The position numbers and the translations under genes were made by a program. A stretch of DNA of 61,311 nucleotides, the filler included. It is 5 parts of 5 records of this genome, joined end to end, with 100 filler letters (N's around TTAATTAATTAA, not from the genome) between each part and the next. Parts side by side here need not be neighbours in the genome. Positions count along the whole stretch, not along the records: positions 8,889 to 33,965 come from SRR20825010_4817; 4 more parts are not named here. One strand, written 5' to 3'. The notes beneath the pieces are model-generated. The model ran no database searches. It was given only the letters and a program-made list of their open reading frames with translations, and was not told the DNA's origin. This document shows, piece by piece, positions 18,043-28,314 of this stretch (its first letter is position 1; each line of letters begins with the position of its first letter).

Positions 18043-19386
18043 ATGAAAAAGCATATTATTATTTTATCTATACTCTGTTCATCAACCTCTTATCAGTTAA
18101 ACGCTCAGGATTTAACCAATACAAATCAATGGTCAGTTGGATTCAACGTTGGTGGACATGATGCCGCTTTCCCGTCTAATACAAGTGTAAAATTCTTCAC
18201 TCACTTGAATGGTGATGTGAGATACATGGTGAACAACCGATTTGGCTTAATGGGCGATCTAGGTTACGAAAATTTCGATTGGAAAACAGATGACGTAACG
18301 AATAGTACACACTTGACTCGTTTATCTCTTCAGGGAGTTGCAAATCTTGCTGACATTTTACATTTCGATACTTGGACTAATCGCTTCGGTATGCTTGTTC
18401 ATGGTGGTGCAGGTATTACGAACATGTGGCAAAAAGGGAAATTTAGCTTTGGAGAAGGAGATCAAATGGGGAATTTTATTCTAGGAATAACACCACAATT
18501 CTCAATAACAGACAGAATTGCAGTTAATGTAGATTGGTCGGGAATTGCCCTTTCAAGACAAGATCGAAGATTTGATTTTAAAAGTAGAAACAATAGAGAC
18601 GGAATCAATGCATTCTACATGACTGCTTCGGCGGGTGTTAGCATCGCGCTTGGAAAAAACAAAAAGCGTGCAGATTGGATTCCAACTGTTTATGGAGGAG
18701 ATAACTCTAGCTTGGAAGCACGTTTGAAAGAACTTGAAAATCAATTGAAAGACGACGACAACGATGGTGTTATCAATAGTCGAGATAATGAGTCAAATAC
18801 TGCTCCTGGAGCGATTGTAAACTCTAAAGGAGAAACTATCAATATTCCATTGGATTCTGATAATGATGGTATCATCGATGCGTATGACAAATGTCCGAAC
18901 GAAAAAGGTTCTTTTTCTTCAAATGGATGCCCAGATACGGATGGAGACGGAGTTATTGATAGCGAAGATAAATGTCCAAAAACAGTTGGCGTTCGATCGA
19001 ATCAAGGATGTCCAGAACTAGATGAAAAGACAAAGGAGACATTTGAAAGAGCACTACACGGGATTAATTTCGAAACTGGTAAAGACGTAATTAAATCATC
19101 TTCTCACTACATCTTGGACGATGTTGTTGGTATTTTAACGATTCACCCAGACTACAATATTGAGATCCATGGTCACACGGATAATTCAGGTGATGAAGTA
19201 AAAAACATGCAATTATCAGCAGACCGTTCAAATGCGGTGAAAAATTACTTAACATCTAAAGGAATAGCTGAAAATCGTATTTCTACTTTTGGTCACGGAC
19301 AAACTGAACCAATTGAAACAAACGAAACTGCAGAAGGACGCGCAAACAACAGAAGAGTTGAATTCTTAGTTCGTTTTGAAAAGTAA
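18043..19386 (+). CDS. OmpA family outer-membrane protein with thrombospondin type-3-like repeats
   Basis: Signal peptide; beta-barrel; DxDxDG...DKCP repeats; OmpA-C motifs INFETG, GHTD, LSADRSNAVKNYL, NRRVEF. Confidence 0.93.
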   Translation: MKKHIIILSILCSSTSYQLNAQDLTNTNQWSVGFNVGGHDAAFPSNTSVKFFTHLNGDVRYMVNNRFGLMGDLGYENFDWKTDDVTNSTHLTRLSLQGVANLADILHFDTWTNRFGMLVHGGAGITNMWQKGKFSFGEGDQMGNFILGITPQFSITDRIAVNVDWSGIALSRQDRRFDFKSRNNRDGINAFYMTASAGVSIALGKNKKRADWIPTVYGGDNSSLEARLKELENQLKDDDNDGVINSRDNESNTAPGAIVNSKGETINIPLDSDNDGIIDAYDKCPNEKGSFSSNGCPDTDGDGVIDSEDKCPKTVGVRSNQGCPELDEKTKETFERALHGINFETGKDVIKSSSHYILDDVVGILTIHPDYNIEIHGHTDNSGDEVKNMQLSADRSNAVKNYLTSKGIAENRISTFGHGQTEPIETNETAEGRANNRRVEFLVRFEK

Positions 19387-19410
19387 TTGAATAAACAAAT
19401 TCTAATATCC

Positions 19411-19438
19411 AAAGGGGCGATTATTCGTCCCTTTTTTT
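19411..19438 (+). terminator. Rho-independent terminator of the ompA-like gene
   Basis: AAAGGGGCGA-TTAT-TCGTCCCTTT followed by TTTT. Confidence 0.85.
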
Positions 19439-19631
19439 GTCTCGTAAATTCGAACTCAAGGGGAATCTTCTATCCGCTTCGTTCCCGAAATAACATAAAA
19501 TAGACTCTTCAAGTTAAGATTAGATTATGTACTTCCAACAATAACTTTTAGTTTTGAAACATTAGTAACATTCAGTTCTAAAATAGGTCAACTCAAATTG
19601 TACTATTTTAGGCGCGCTATAAACTACACTA

Positions 19632-21347
19632 GTGAAAAACTACTTATCGCTTCTTGCCGTAATTATTATCTCCTTCATTTTCTTCGGATACCGTTATATC
19701 TATTCAAGTCAGTACTCCGTAGAACGCACCATGTTCACTCAGTGGGATGGATTCGGATATTATATGTATTTGCCTTCTGCCTTTATTTATGACGACTTCA
19801 CCGAATTAAAATGGGTCGATAAGATTGATTCAACATACCAGGTCACAGGTGGGAATTTTTATCAATCAAACAAGGTCGAAAACGGAAACTACGTCAACAA
19901 ATACCTTGGTGGAGTATCATTAATCCAAGCCCCCTTATTTGCGGTGGGGCACATCATTGCCTTAAACTCCGATTACCCTGCAGATGGTTTTTCTCCTCCA
20001 TATCAATATGCATTGGGCTACGGAGTACTGATCTACTGTTTACTCTCGTTACTTCTCCTGAGAAACACTCTCTTACGGTATTTCGACGATTTATCCGTAG
20101 CAATATCGCTTCTTTTACTCGTTTTAGCCACTAACCTCATCCAGTACATTGCCATTGAAGCCGGACAAAGTCACCCGTATATTTTTCCATTGTACGTTCT
20201 AGTGCTCTACACCACACTCAAATGGCACGAAAAACCCAGCGTGAAAATGGCCATTTTGACAGGACTAATTATTGGACTGGCAACAATCTCTCGACCTACA
20301 GAACTTGTAATGCTCTTCATTCCACTACTCTGGAATACACATACAAAAGAAGAAAAAAAACGTAAATGGGAACTCGTTAGGACCAATCGCTCGCACGTTT
20401 TATGGGCAATCTTCTTTGGAGTTATTGGCATAGCTCCACAGCTTATTTATTGGAAACTAACCGCAGGCACATTTATATACGACGTTGGAAGCAGCTGGAG
20501 ATTTCTAACACCCTATTTCAGGGGTCTTTTCGGTTGGGAGATTGGATGGTTTATTTATACACCTGTTACAATACTCTTCATCGTCGGGATGTTCTTTATG
20601 AAGTCTTTTCCGTTCAAACGCTCGGTAATTGTTTTCTGTTTACTTACTATTTGGATTGTAATTTCCTGGGCAGATTGGCATTATGGCGCAACCTATTCAT
20701 CTAGGGCGCTGGTTCAAAGTATGCCTGTTTTTGCACTTGCACTCACCGCTTTTGTAGCACACATTCGACAAACAACCTACTGGAAATACCTCTTTTATGC
20801 CGCAGGAGCATACCTCATTTTTGTAAATATGTTCCAGATAGAGCAGTACAACACAAACTCGACGTTGCATTATCGGGATATGAATCGACTGTATTATGGT
20901 AGAATCTATCTCAACAGCGATCCAACTCCACTTGACATGAGTTTACTGGATACAGATGAAGTATTAGATGAGCCAAATGAATTCGATCGAGCCCTAATTT
21001 CGGAGCAAAAAAGTAAACAAGAAATTAAAAAAGGTACTTTTCATCAGCAAGAAATTGATTTAGAAGGAAATAATTGGATTCGCATTACTTCCACCATTCG
21101 TGCTGATCAGGGATTTTTAAACAGCTATCTAACCTGCTCGATTCAAAATGGCAAAAAGGTGAAAAAACGTCGAATAAGGCTTTTTAGTCCACTAAGTGTT
21201 GTTGGCGAATTTAATTCCTATGAGTTTTATGTTCAAGTTCCAAGTGATTATTTAGGAAAATCAACGGTAAGAATTGGTGCGGAATCGAACGGAGATTTTT
21301 CAGGAATTATTTCGGCGTATAAAGTAGAAAAGTTGGCGGGGAAGTAA
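19632..21347 (+). CDS. Polytopic membrane protein, GT-C-like glycosyltransferase
   Basis: WDGFGYYMYLPS in the first loop; GLATISRP; about 11 TM segments; soluble C-terminal domain. Confidence 0.65.
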   Translation: MKNYLSLLAVIIISFIFFGYRYIYSSQYSVERTMFTQWDGFGYYMYLPSAFIYDDFTELKWVDKIDSTYQVTGGNFYQSNKVENGNYVNKYLGGVSLIQAPLFAVGHIIALNSDYPADGFSPPYQYALGYGVLIYCLLSLLLLRNTLLRYFDDLSVAISLLLLVLATNLIQYIAIEAGQSHPYIFPLYVLVLYTTLKWHEKPSVKMAILTGLIIGLATISRPTELVMLFIPLLWNTHTKEEKKRKWELVRTNRSHVLWAIFFGVIGIAPQLIYWKLTAGTFIYDVGSSWRFLTPYFRGLFGWEIGWFIYTPVTILFIVGMFFMKSFPFKRSVIVFCLLTIWIVISWADWHYGATYSSRALVQSMPVFALALTAFVAHIRQTTYWKYLFYAAGAYLIFVNMFQIEQYNTNSTLHYRDMNRLYYGRIYLNSDPTPLDMSLLDTDEVLDEPNEFDRALISEQKSKQEIKKGTFHQQEIDLEGNNWIRITSTIRADQGFLNSYLTCSIQNGKKVKKRRIRLFSPLSVVGEFNSYEFYVQVPSDYLGKSTVRIGAESNGDFSGIISAYKVEKLAGK

Positions 21348-21555
21348 TCATTCTTTTCGCTAGTTTACTAAATCATAAAAATTCCACACAATTTTTATTT
21401 TAGAGAGTTCGCAGGAGTTTATTGCGGTCAAAATTTGAATCGGAAAATGGATTGATTCTTTTTGCTCTGTTCATAATTTAATTGACAAATTTACTTTAAT
21501 CTGTTATCCCATTTTTCAGGAGTAGTTTAGAACCTTAAATTCAATTAGCATTTGT

Positions 21556-21651
21556 GAAGAGAAAAACATGTTGCTTTCTGCTGCGCGCGCTTCAGCGGTA
21601 AAGAACTATATTATTGGAAACGGTGTTGCTGACTCACGAGTTACAATCTAG
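21556..21651 (+). pseudogene. Fragment of an OmpA C-terminal (peptidoglycan-binding) domain
   Basis: EEKNMLLSAARASAVKNYIIGNGVADSRVTI* aligns ungapped with EVKNMQLSADRSNAVKNYLTSKGIAENRIST in the 18043 ORF (16/31 identical by hand count); lacks GHTD and NRRVE. Confidence 0.75.
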
Positions 21652-21679
21652 AATTAAACGTGCTTTAGGAATTACTCAT

Positions 21680-21722
21680 AAAAAAAACTTGAGCCAAGTT
21701 GACCAACAACTTTAGACTCAAG
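21680..21722 (-). terminator. Terminator of the 918-aa T9SS cargo gene
   Basis: Minus strand CTTGAGTC-TAAAGTTG-TTGGT-CAACTT-GGCTCAAG followed by T8. Confidence 0.65.
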
Positions 21723-21751
21723 CTTTTCAATTTTATTTTGAACAAGTGTTC

Positions 21752-24508
21752 CTATTTCTTTACCATTTTTTGAGTAAAGTTTCTCCCCTGATTCATCAGT
21801 GAGATAAAGTAAATTCCGTCTTTTAAAGAACTAATATCAATTGTACCTGAGGTTGCTCCTTTCAAGACTATTTCACCAGACACAGCTGTTATTTGAAACG
21901 GCATCTTTATATGCTTTAGGTCACCGCATTCCACTGAAATCATATCTTGGGCAGGATTTGGATAAATAAAAAGCTCGCCTGCGCCTAATTGACCAGATTC
22001 AGAGACCACTTCATCTCCAAAGTCTTCCATTTGCTTTCCCTTACCAAATATCCAAACAGGTCTGTAAGTGCACGTTAGCCACCAGCTATCTGACCCTTGG
22101 TATACAAATGTATTCTGATTGGTTTTCCACACATGGATTCTAGTCTGTCCATCTCCATAATCGTAAAGAGCTGCCAATTCATCCAAGCTACCGTCTTTGT
22201 TGAAATCACCACTCACCACTCTTCCCATTATTTTTGTTGCATCATAGCCAGAAGAGTTCCACCATCCAGCCGCTCCTTCATATAAAAACGAACCACCTGT
22301 AGATTTCCACACATGAATTCTTGTTTGACCTCCACCATCATCATAAAACGCGGAGATATCATCAATAAATCCATCTCTGTCAAAATCACCACTCACTACA
22401 CATCCAGATACTTTAGTCGCATCATATCCCAAGGAATTCCACCATCCTGTTGAATACTGGTACTGCAAAGAGTTCCCATTCGATGTCCAAACATGGATTC
22501 TTGTTTGACCTCCACCATAATCATAAAACGCGGAGATATCATCGTGCTTTCCATCCCTATCAAAATCACCACTCACTACACGTCCAGATACTTTATTCGC
22601 ATCATAGCCAGAAGAGTTCCACCATCCGTTAGCCCCCTGATATTGAAAAGAAGTTCCAGTCGATGTCCATGTATGAATCTTTGTTCCACCTACTCCATAG
22701 TCATAAAATGCGGCAATATCATCTTTAAAGCCATCTCTGTCAAAATCTCCGCTAAGTACTCTTAATTTAATTTTATCAGAATCATATCCATTGGATGTCC
22801 ACCAACCTGTTGATCCCTGGTATTGAAAAGAATTACCTGTAGATTTCCAAACATGAATTCTCGTCACACCTCCTCCATAGTCATAAAAAGCGGCAATATC
22901 ATCTTTATATCCATCTCTGTCAAAGTCTCCAGAAATGATTTTTCCAGAAATTTTACTCGCATCAAACCATGATCCACCACTTGACCACCAACCATTTGCT
23001 CCCTGATAAAGAAACTCTGTGGCTGTAGACTCCCAAACGTGTATTTTTGTTAACCCAGCTCCGTAGTCGTAGAATGTCGCAATGTCATCCTCTTGACCAT
23101 CTCTGTCAAAGTCGCCTGTTACTTGATTGTTTGTTGTTTGGTTGGCGTCGTAAAATGGTTCTGGTCCATTCCAAGAAAAAACATCTGTGTTATTTGCAAT
23201 TGCCTCTCTGTATCTTCTATAATAGTTAATTCCCGTAATTAAATATCGCTCTTTTGTACCGCCGGTATAGAGACGGTTTTCCATTTCTCTAGCAAATCTA
23301 TCTGCTTGGTTTAATAAGTTCTCCACTTCTTGCGATGTAAAATAATCACTGTTATCGCTCGCATATTTAGCTAATAACATAAAGGGTTCGAGATATTCTC
23401 CCGACAAATCATCATTGAAATGTGGTGTAAAAGTTATTACAGTTCCTGGTACACTCGTACAATATAAATTCAGCTTATCATCTTGTGCTCTAGTTCTATA
23501 GGTAATCACGTGATTTATTGCCTTTTTTATTGAGGCAGATAATTGTTTCTTAAAACTTTCATCTTCATTTTGAATAATACTGAACGTTTCGATCATCCCT
23601 CTTACCGTCATCAAATGGTAGTATATTTTTGTGTCGTGGTAAACATCAAATGAACCTTCATTATTAATACCTCCTGTTTTCCAAATCCCATTTTGTATTC
23701 CGGATAGCTGACTTTGTGTATTCATAAGGTTTTTACAAATCTGCTTCGATGCATTTAAATAACGACAATCGTGTGTCACTTTATATGCTCCGGCCAAGGC
23801 CCAAGACATTAACCCCTGATTATTAGAGTTACCGTAATTATTATCTTGATTAACTTTAGTGATCAAGAAGTTTGATGTCGCTACAATAGCATTATACACC
23901 TCCGAATTTCTATAATTTAAGTTAGACAAATAAAACTCGCAAAGGGTTCTCAACGCATAGGAACTAGGATATGGATCTGTTGCATTATAATAACATGGAC
24001 CATTAATGTCAGAATTATAATCAGCAGTTATACTGCATCTATTATACCATTGTATAAAACCACCATCGGTGAATTGATCAGAAAGTAAATAATCAATTCC
24101 ATCCTTAATATCGTTTAAATGGTCAGAATCGCCAGTCATAAAATAAGAATGTAAGTGCCCTCTACCAAACTTACTTGTTTGTCTATAAAGTGGATGAGAA
24201 CCTATTGGATGGTCCTTTAATGTTGCTGAAAAAAAACCATCAATATTATTCTCATACGGTGTGAAATACCCTCTTTCCCAGGACCCTGCGTGCCAAAATT
24301 GTGTAGTCGATAGTTGAAAATATGGATAAGAACCAATGGCTTGTATTTTTGATTGTCCTTTGTACGCCTCACTTAATAATTTCAAGTGCGTTAGATCAGA
24401 ATTCGTAAATGTGATATCTGGGTGCACGCCTGGTGAAACTATAGTTTGCGCAAATGAAAAATTAAAAACAGTTAGAAACAACAGTAAAATTGAATGCCTT
24501 GAAATCAT
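21752..24508 (-). CDS. T9SS-secreted protein: alpha/alpha-toroid-like N-domain, six FG-GAP/VCBS-like repeats, type A CTD
   Basis: Signal peptide; GIDYLLSDQFTDGGF; six GDFDRDG..DDI.AFYDYG repeats; CTD IYPNPA...IDISSLKDGIYF...TQKMVKK. Confidence 0.88.
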   Translation of the reverse strand: MISRHSILLLFLTVFNFSFAQTIVSPGVHPDITFTNSDLTHLKLLSEAYKGQSKIQAIGSYPYFQLSTTQFWHAGSWERGYFTPYENNIDGFFSATLKDHPIGSHPLYRQTSKFGRGHLHSYFMTGDSDHLNDIKDGIDYLLSDQFTDGGFIQWYNRCSITADYNSDINGPCYYNATDPYPSSYALRTLCEFYLSNLNYRNSEVYNAIVATSNFLITKVNQDNNYGNSNNQGLMSWALAGAYKVTHDCRYLNASKQICKNLMNTQSQLSGIQNGIWKTGGINNEGSFDVYHDTKIYYHLMTVRGMIETFSIIQNEDESFKKQLSASIKKAINHVITYRTRAQDDKLNLYCTSVPGTVITFTPHFNDDLSGEYLEPFMLLAKYASDNSDYFTSQEVENLLNQADRFAREMENRLYTGGTKERYLITGINYYRRYREAIANNTDVFSWNGPEPFYDANQTTNNQVTGDFDRDGQEDDIATFYDYGAGLTKIHVWESTATEFLYQGANGWWSSGGSWFDASKISGKIISGDFDRDGYKDDIAAFYDYGGGVTRIHVWKSTGNSFQYQGSTGWWTSNGYDSDKIKLRVLSGDFDRDGFKDDIAAFYDYGVGGTKIHTWTSTGTSFQYQGANGWWNSSGYDANKVSGRVVSGDFDRDGKHDDISAFYDYGGGQTRIHVWTSNGNSLQYQYSTGWWNSLGYDATKVSGCVVSGDFDRDGFIDDISAFYDDGGGQTRIHVWKSTGGSFLYEGAAGWWNSSGYDATKIMGRVVSGDFNKDGSLDELAALYDYGDGQTRIHVWKTNQNTFVYQGSDSWWLTCTYRPVWIFGKGKQMEDFGDEVVSESGQLGAGELFIYPNPAQDMISVECGDLKHIKMPFQITAVSGEIVLKGATSGTIDISSLKDGIYFISLMNQGRNFTQKMVKK
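22070..23116 (-). repeat. Intragenic tandem repeat, six units of 180 bp (60 aa; first unit 62 aa)
   Basis: Same phase recurs at 22201, 22381, 22561, 22741, 22921 and 23107 (caaaatcacc/caaagtctcc variants). Confidence 0.9.
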
Positions 24509-24660
24509 GATTATAGATATTTTTTGGTCGGTTTATAAGTCTATGAACTTTAAAGATCGTAATAAATATGAGACTTGCAACAGTAACTGCTGTAGCTTAA
24601 CAAAAGAGGATTTTTACGATAATCCACCACAATTTTTGCTTAATGAAAAATAACTATTCC

Positions 24661-26208
24661 TCATTCCCTCCGATCCAAACTTCGATACTGCACCGCCTCA
24701 GCTATATGCGCTGCTTCAATATTCTCCGATCCATCTAAATCGGCAATGGTTCTCGCTACTTTCAAAATTCGATCATACGCCCGTGCTGAGAATCCTAATT
24801 TTTCCATCGCGGAGCGCAAAATCTGAGCAGAGCTTTCGTTCAAACGGCAAAACTCTCGGACTTGCTTGGAATTCATTTCGGCGTTGCAATGTGTTTGATG
24901 CTCTCGTTCCATCGTTTGCACATTTTTGAACCTCGCACTCTGAATCTTGCGTGCTTTCACTACACGTTCACGGATATCCGTACTTGTTTCCAGTGGAACG
25001 TCGTTTCTAAGCTCTTCATAGGAAACGGGAGTAACTTCTATGTGTAAATCAATTCGGTCCATGAGAGGTCCTGAAACCTTGTTTAAATAGCGTTGAACTA
25101 CTCCACTTCCGCAGGAGCAATCCCGTTCTGGGTGGTTGTGGTAACCGCAGGGGCATGGATTCATAGCCGCAATCAACATAAACCCTGCTGGGTAATCCAC
25201 ACTGAGTCTTGCACGAGAAATCGTTACCATTCGATCTTCCATCGGTTGGCGCATTACTTCTAAAACCGTTCGCTTGTATTCTGGCAATTCGTCTAAAAAA
25301 AGTACCCCGTTGTGAGCTAGTGAAATTTCCCCTGGTTGTGGATACGAACCTCCGCCAACAAGCGCGACATCTGAAATGGTATGATGTGGCTTGCGGAATG
25401 GACGTGAAGAAACCAATCCTTTTGCGGCGTTTACCCTTCCAACTACCGAGTGAATTTTGGTCGTTTCCAACGCCTCTTCAATGGAAAGTGGAGGGAGAAT
25501 AGTTGGCAATCGCTTCGCTAGCATGGATTTCCCCGCTCCTGGCGGACCGATCAATAAAACATTGTGTCCCCCAGATGCTGCGATTTCAAATGCTCGTTTA
25601 ATATTTTCTTGCCCTTTCACATCTGAAAAGTCCATTTGCTGAAATCCATGATCTCCTGAGAAAAGGTGTTCCGCGTGCTTTTCAAGTGGAACGAGCTTCG
25701 AATTCCCATTTAAAAATTCAACGACTTCTAACAAGTTACGAACAGGAATCACCTCCAAATCGTCCACGAAATTGGCTTCTTTACCGTTTTCATAAGGAAC
25801 CAGAACTCCCTTTAACTTGGAATCGCGGGCGCAAAGTGCTAGCGGCAACGCTCCACGGATCGGTTTTATTTCTCCGTCCAAAGATAATTCTCCCGCAATC
25901 AGATACTCTCCGATTAAATCTGTATTTACTTGATTTGTTGCTGCCAAAATCCCAATCGCTATGGAAAGATCAAAACTCGATCCTTCTTTTCGGAGATCAG
26001 CTGGTGCCATGTTGACGGTGATTTCTTTCCCCGGATAGTTGAAATTATTGTTCGCAAGCGCCGATTTGATCCTTTGTTGGGATTCTTTTACCGCGGAATC
26101 AGGTAAACCAACGAGAAAAAAATTAATTCCTGAACTGATACTTACTTCAATAGTGATCAGCGTAGCATCGATTCCTAAAAGCGCTGCACCGTAGGTTTTT
26201 ACGAGCAT
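24661..26208 (-). CDS. comM: YifB/ComM Mg-chelatase-like AAA+ ATPase
   Basis: LVGLPDSAVKES, VNMAPADLRKEG, GPPGAGKSMLA, PGEISLAHNGVLFLDE, AAMNPCPCG, SARAYDRILKVARTIADL. Confidence 0.95.
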   Translation of the reverse strand: MLVKTYGAALLGIDATLITIEVSISSGINFFLVGLPDSAVKESQQRIKSALANNNFNYPGKEITVNMAPADLRKEGSSFDLSIAIGILAATNQVNTDLIGEYLIAGELSLDGEIKPIRGALPLALCARDSKLKGVLVPYENGKEANFVDDLEVIPVRNLLEVVEFLNGNSKLVPLEKHAEHLFSGDHGFQQMDFSDVKGQENIKRAFEIAASGGHNVLLIGPPGAGKSMLAKRLPTILPPLSIEEALETTKIHSVVGRVNAAKGLVSSRPFRKPHHTISDVALVGGGSYPQPGEISLAHNGVLFLDELPEYKRTVLEVMRQPMEDRMVTISRARLSVDYPAGFMLIAAMNPCPCGYHNHPERDCSCGSGVVQRYLNKVSGPLMDRIDLHIEVTPVSYEELRNDVPLETSTDIRERVVKARKIQSARFKNVQTMEREHQTHCNAEMNSKQVREFCRLNESSAQILRSAMEKLGFSARAYDRILKVARTIADLDGSENIEAAHIAEAVQYRSLDRRE

Positions 26209-26290
26209 AATAGTGGTTTTTAAAAGGTTAGGTTCAGACCAAAGTCTACCTTAAGTTAGTGAAAAAGTTGAGTTTAAACTATCCAAAAAC

Positions 26291-26321
26291 AAAAAAACCG
26301 ACTCAAATTGAATCGGTTTTT
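26291..26321 (-). terminator. Rho-independent terminator
   Basis: Minus strand AAAAACCGATTCAA-T-TTGAGTCGGTTTTTTT. Confidence 0.75.
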
Positions 26322-26340
26322 GAAAAAATATTTTCTTGAA

Positions 26341-28194
26341 TTAATGAAGAACTTGAACCTTTTGTTTCGTCGTTCCGCTTTCTGTTTCAATGCTTAATGT
26401 GTACATCCCATTCGCAAATCCAGAAGTATTCATGTTCATTGTGTACGTACCATCTAGCGATAAAAATGGCGTTTTAGAAATTTGCTTTCCAGATAGATCA
26501 TAAAGAACAATCGATCCACTTGTTCCTTGCGTAGTGGCGATGCTCACGGTCAATTCACTATTCGCTGGATTTGGATAGGCTTCAACATCTATCGTTTCGC
26601 CTTTTTCATCGATTCCACTCGTACAATTAAATTTTGCTCGTACAACAATCGCACGTGGATTCGACAACCAAAGTGGGTCATTCGTTGCATTAAATCCCCA
26701 TACCATTTGGTTTGGAACTCCTTGTCCATACATAAAACTTACATCATCACCGCCTCCAACTGCGCCACCATTATGACATGCAACAACAAGTATTTCTTCT
26801 CCAGCCAAAACTTCTACTTCATCCAATAAAGAAATCGTTTGAATAGTCCCTATTTCAGCAGCAGTGATCGCATAAAAGTCGGTTGATTCAAGAAAGATCC
26901 AGTCACCACTTGACTCATCATACTTATAAACTTCACCGAAAAAGTCACGTCCAACACTATTCGTATTATTCGCAAGTCCAATCTCTATTTCGCAAAATTT
27001 TTCATCATTTGTTATTTGGTAGACATTTCCAATTTTAAACGCTCCTCCAGTATTTGAAGACCAATTAGAAATAGAACCAGTCGATTGAGATGCACTTGTC
27101 AAATTATCTAGACCAAATATATCAGCTGTAATACTTAAAGAGTCAACAAATTCGTTATTCGATAAGTTTCCATCTGTTCCTGAAGTCGTTGTAGCAGTAC
27201 AAGTTAAATCGTAAAACCCTACTTGCGAAGGCGTCCAAGTGGTAGTTGACATAACCGTATCTTTTTCATTTGCTGCCAAGCTAAGACCATTGGTTGTTCC
27301 TGAATAAACACTTCCTGAAGTACCTGAAACATCAATATCTGCACCGCAGCCACTCAAAGTTCCACCAGTGTAGTTTACTAGTTCTGAGTAAAACGTCATT
27401 GGCGCTGCCTGAGAAATCGGAATCTTATAGTATTGATAATTCAACGAATTCATTCCCCACCATGAATCGGACATGAGCACATCATTCGGATCTGCTTCGC
27501 TTAATGCGAGATCATCAATCATCCAAAAGTAAACGCGTGCGCTCCATCCAATTCTGATATACACCGTTGGTTGGTTGGCAGCAATCGTTGAGATATTCAA
27601 AGAAACCAACATGGGATTAGCTGATGCTGCGTTGTTTGCCTGACCGTTCGCTACATTAAACGTCGTCCAGCTTATTCCATCATTACTCACTTGAACATTT
27701 AAGCTCACTCCGTTGTTGTATCGGAATGACTGCTGAAAAGAAAGAATTACAGATGGTCGCGTAGAACAATCTAAGGCACTTGTTTGAAAATACGAACTCA
27801 AGTACTGATAATTCGTCCCCGAAGGCTGACCGTACGTAAAATGGTTCGCAGAATCTGCATCCATGATTAAAAATCCATTCGCGGCCGTCGTGGAGCTAAT
27901 TCCCGCAGCTGCAGCCGTAGCACTATTTCCATTAAAATTACCCCAAGATCCATCCGTAGAATACGTCCAAGGACAAACTCCAGAAGAGTCAATGAGTGTC
28001 CAACCTGCCGGAAAACCACCGCCAAAATCTTCCGTCCAAAAAGGCGTAGCCCTAAATTGTGGATCTGAAATCGGAGTTCCTGTTGGACGCGTTGAAGGAA
28101 TTAAGGGTGAATCTTCTACCGTTGATAATTCTTGTGCAAAAGAAATTGTGAATCCCAAAAATAGGATCACTGAAGTGAATAAAGTCTTTTTCAT
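26341..28194 (-). CDS. T9SS type A sorting domain protein (beta-sandwich rich)
   Basis: Signal peptide; WTEDFGGGFPAGW; YFWMIDD; CTD AYPNPA...YDLSGK...ANGMY...KQKVQV. Confidence 0.85.
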   Translation of the reverse strand: MKKTLFTSVILFLGFTISFAQELSTVEDSPLIPSTRPTGTPISDPQFRATPFWTEDFGGGFPAGWTLIDSSGVCPWTYSTDGSWGNFNGNSATAAAAGISSTTAANGFLIMDADSANHFTYGQPSGTNYQYLSSYFQTSALDCSTRPSVILSFQQSFRYNNGVSLNVQVSNDGISWTTFNVANGQANNAASANPMLVSLNISTIAANQPTVYIRIGWSARVYFWMIDDLALSEADPNDVLMSDSWWGMNSLNYQYYKIPISQAAPMTFYSELVNYTGGTLSGCGADIDVSGTSGSVYSGTTNGLSLAANEKDTVMSTTTWTPSQVGFYDLTCTATTTSGTDGNLSNNEFVDSLSITADIFGLDNLTSASQSTGSISNWSSNTGGAFKIGNVYQITNDEKFCEIEIGLANNTNSVGRDFFGEVYKYDESSGDWIFLESTDFYAITAAEIGTIQTISLLDEVEVLAGEEILVVACHNGGAVGGGDDVSFMYGQGVPNQMVWGFNATNDPLWLSNPRAIVVRAKFNCTSGIDEKGETIDVEAYPNPANSELTVSIATTQGTSGSIVLYDLSGKQISKTPFLSLDGTYTMNMNTSGFANGMYTLSIETESGTTKQKVQVLH

Positions 28195-28261
28195 ATAGCT
28201 AACTTACGTTAAATCAACAAGTAACGCAAAACCTACTGCATTACCCATTTTACTAAAATAT

Positions 28262-28291
28262 AAAAACCGATGATCAATAAGACCATCGGTT
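28262..28291 (-). terminator. rpmH terminator
   Basis: Minus strand AACCGATGGTC-TTATT-GATCATCGGTTTTT. Confidence 0.75.
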
Positions 28292-28314
28292 CAACTATTT
28301 TTTTAGAGAAAAGA

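Noticed and set aside
22070-23116. 180-bp periodic repeats as a CRISPR array
   Set aside because: In-frame coding repeats with no unique spacers
24661-24700. comM as a disrupted integration hotspot (short C-terminus RSLDRRE)
   Set aside because: ORF is full length (515 aa) with all motifs; no integrase or duplicated comM end is seen nearby
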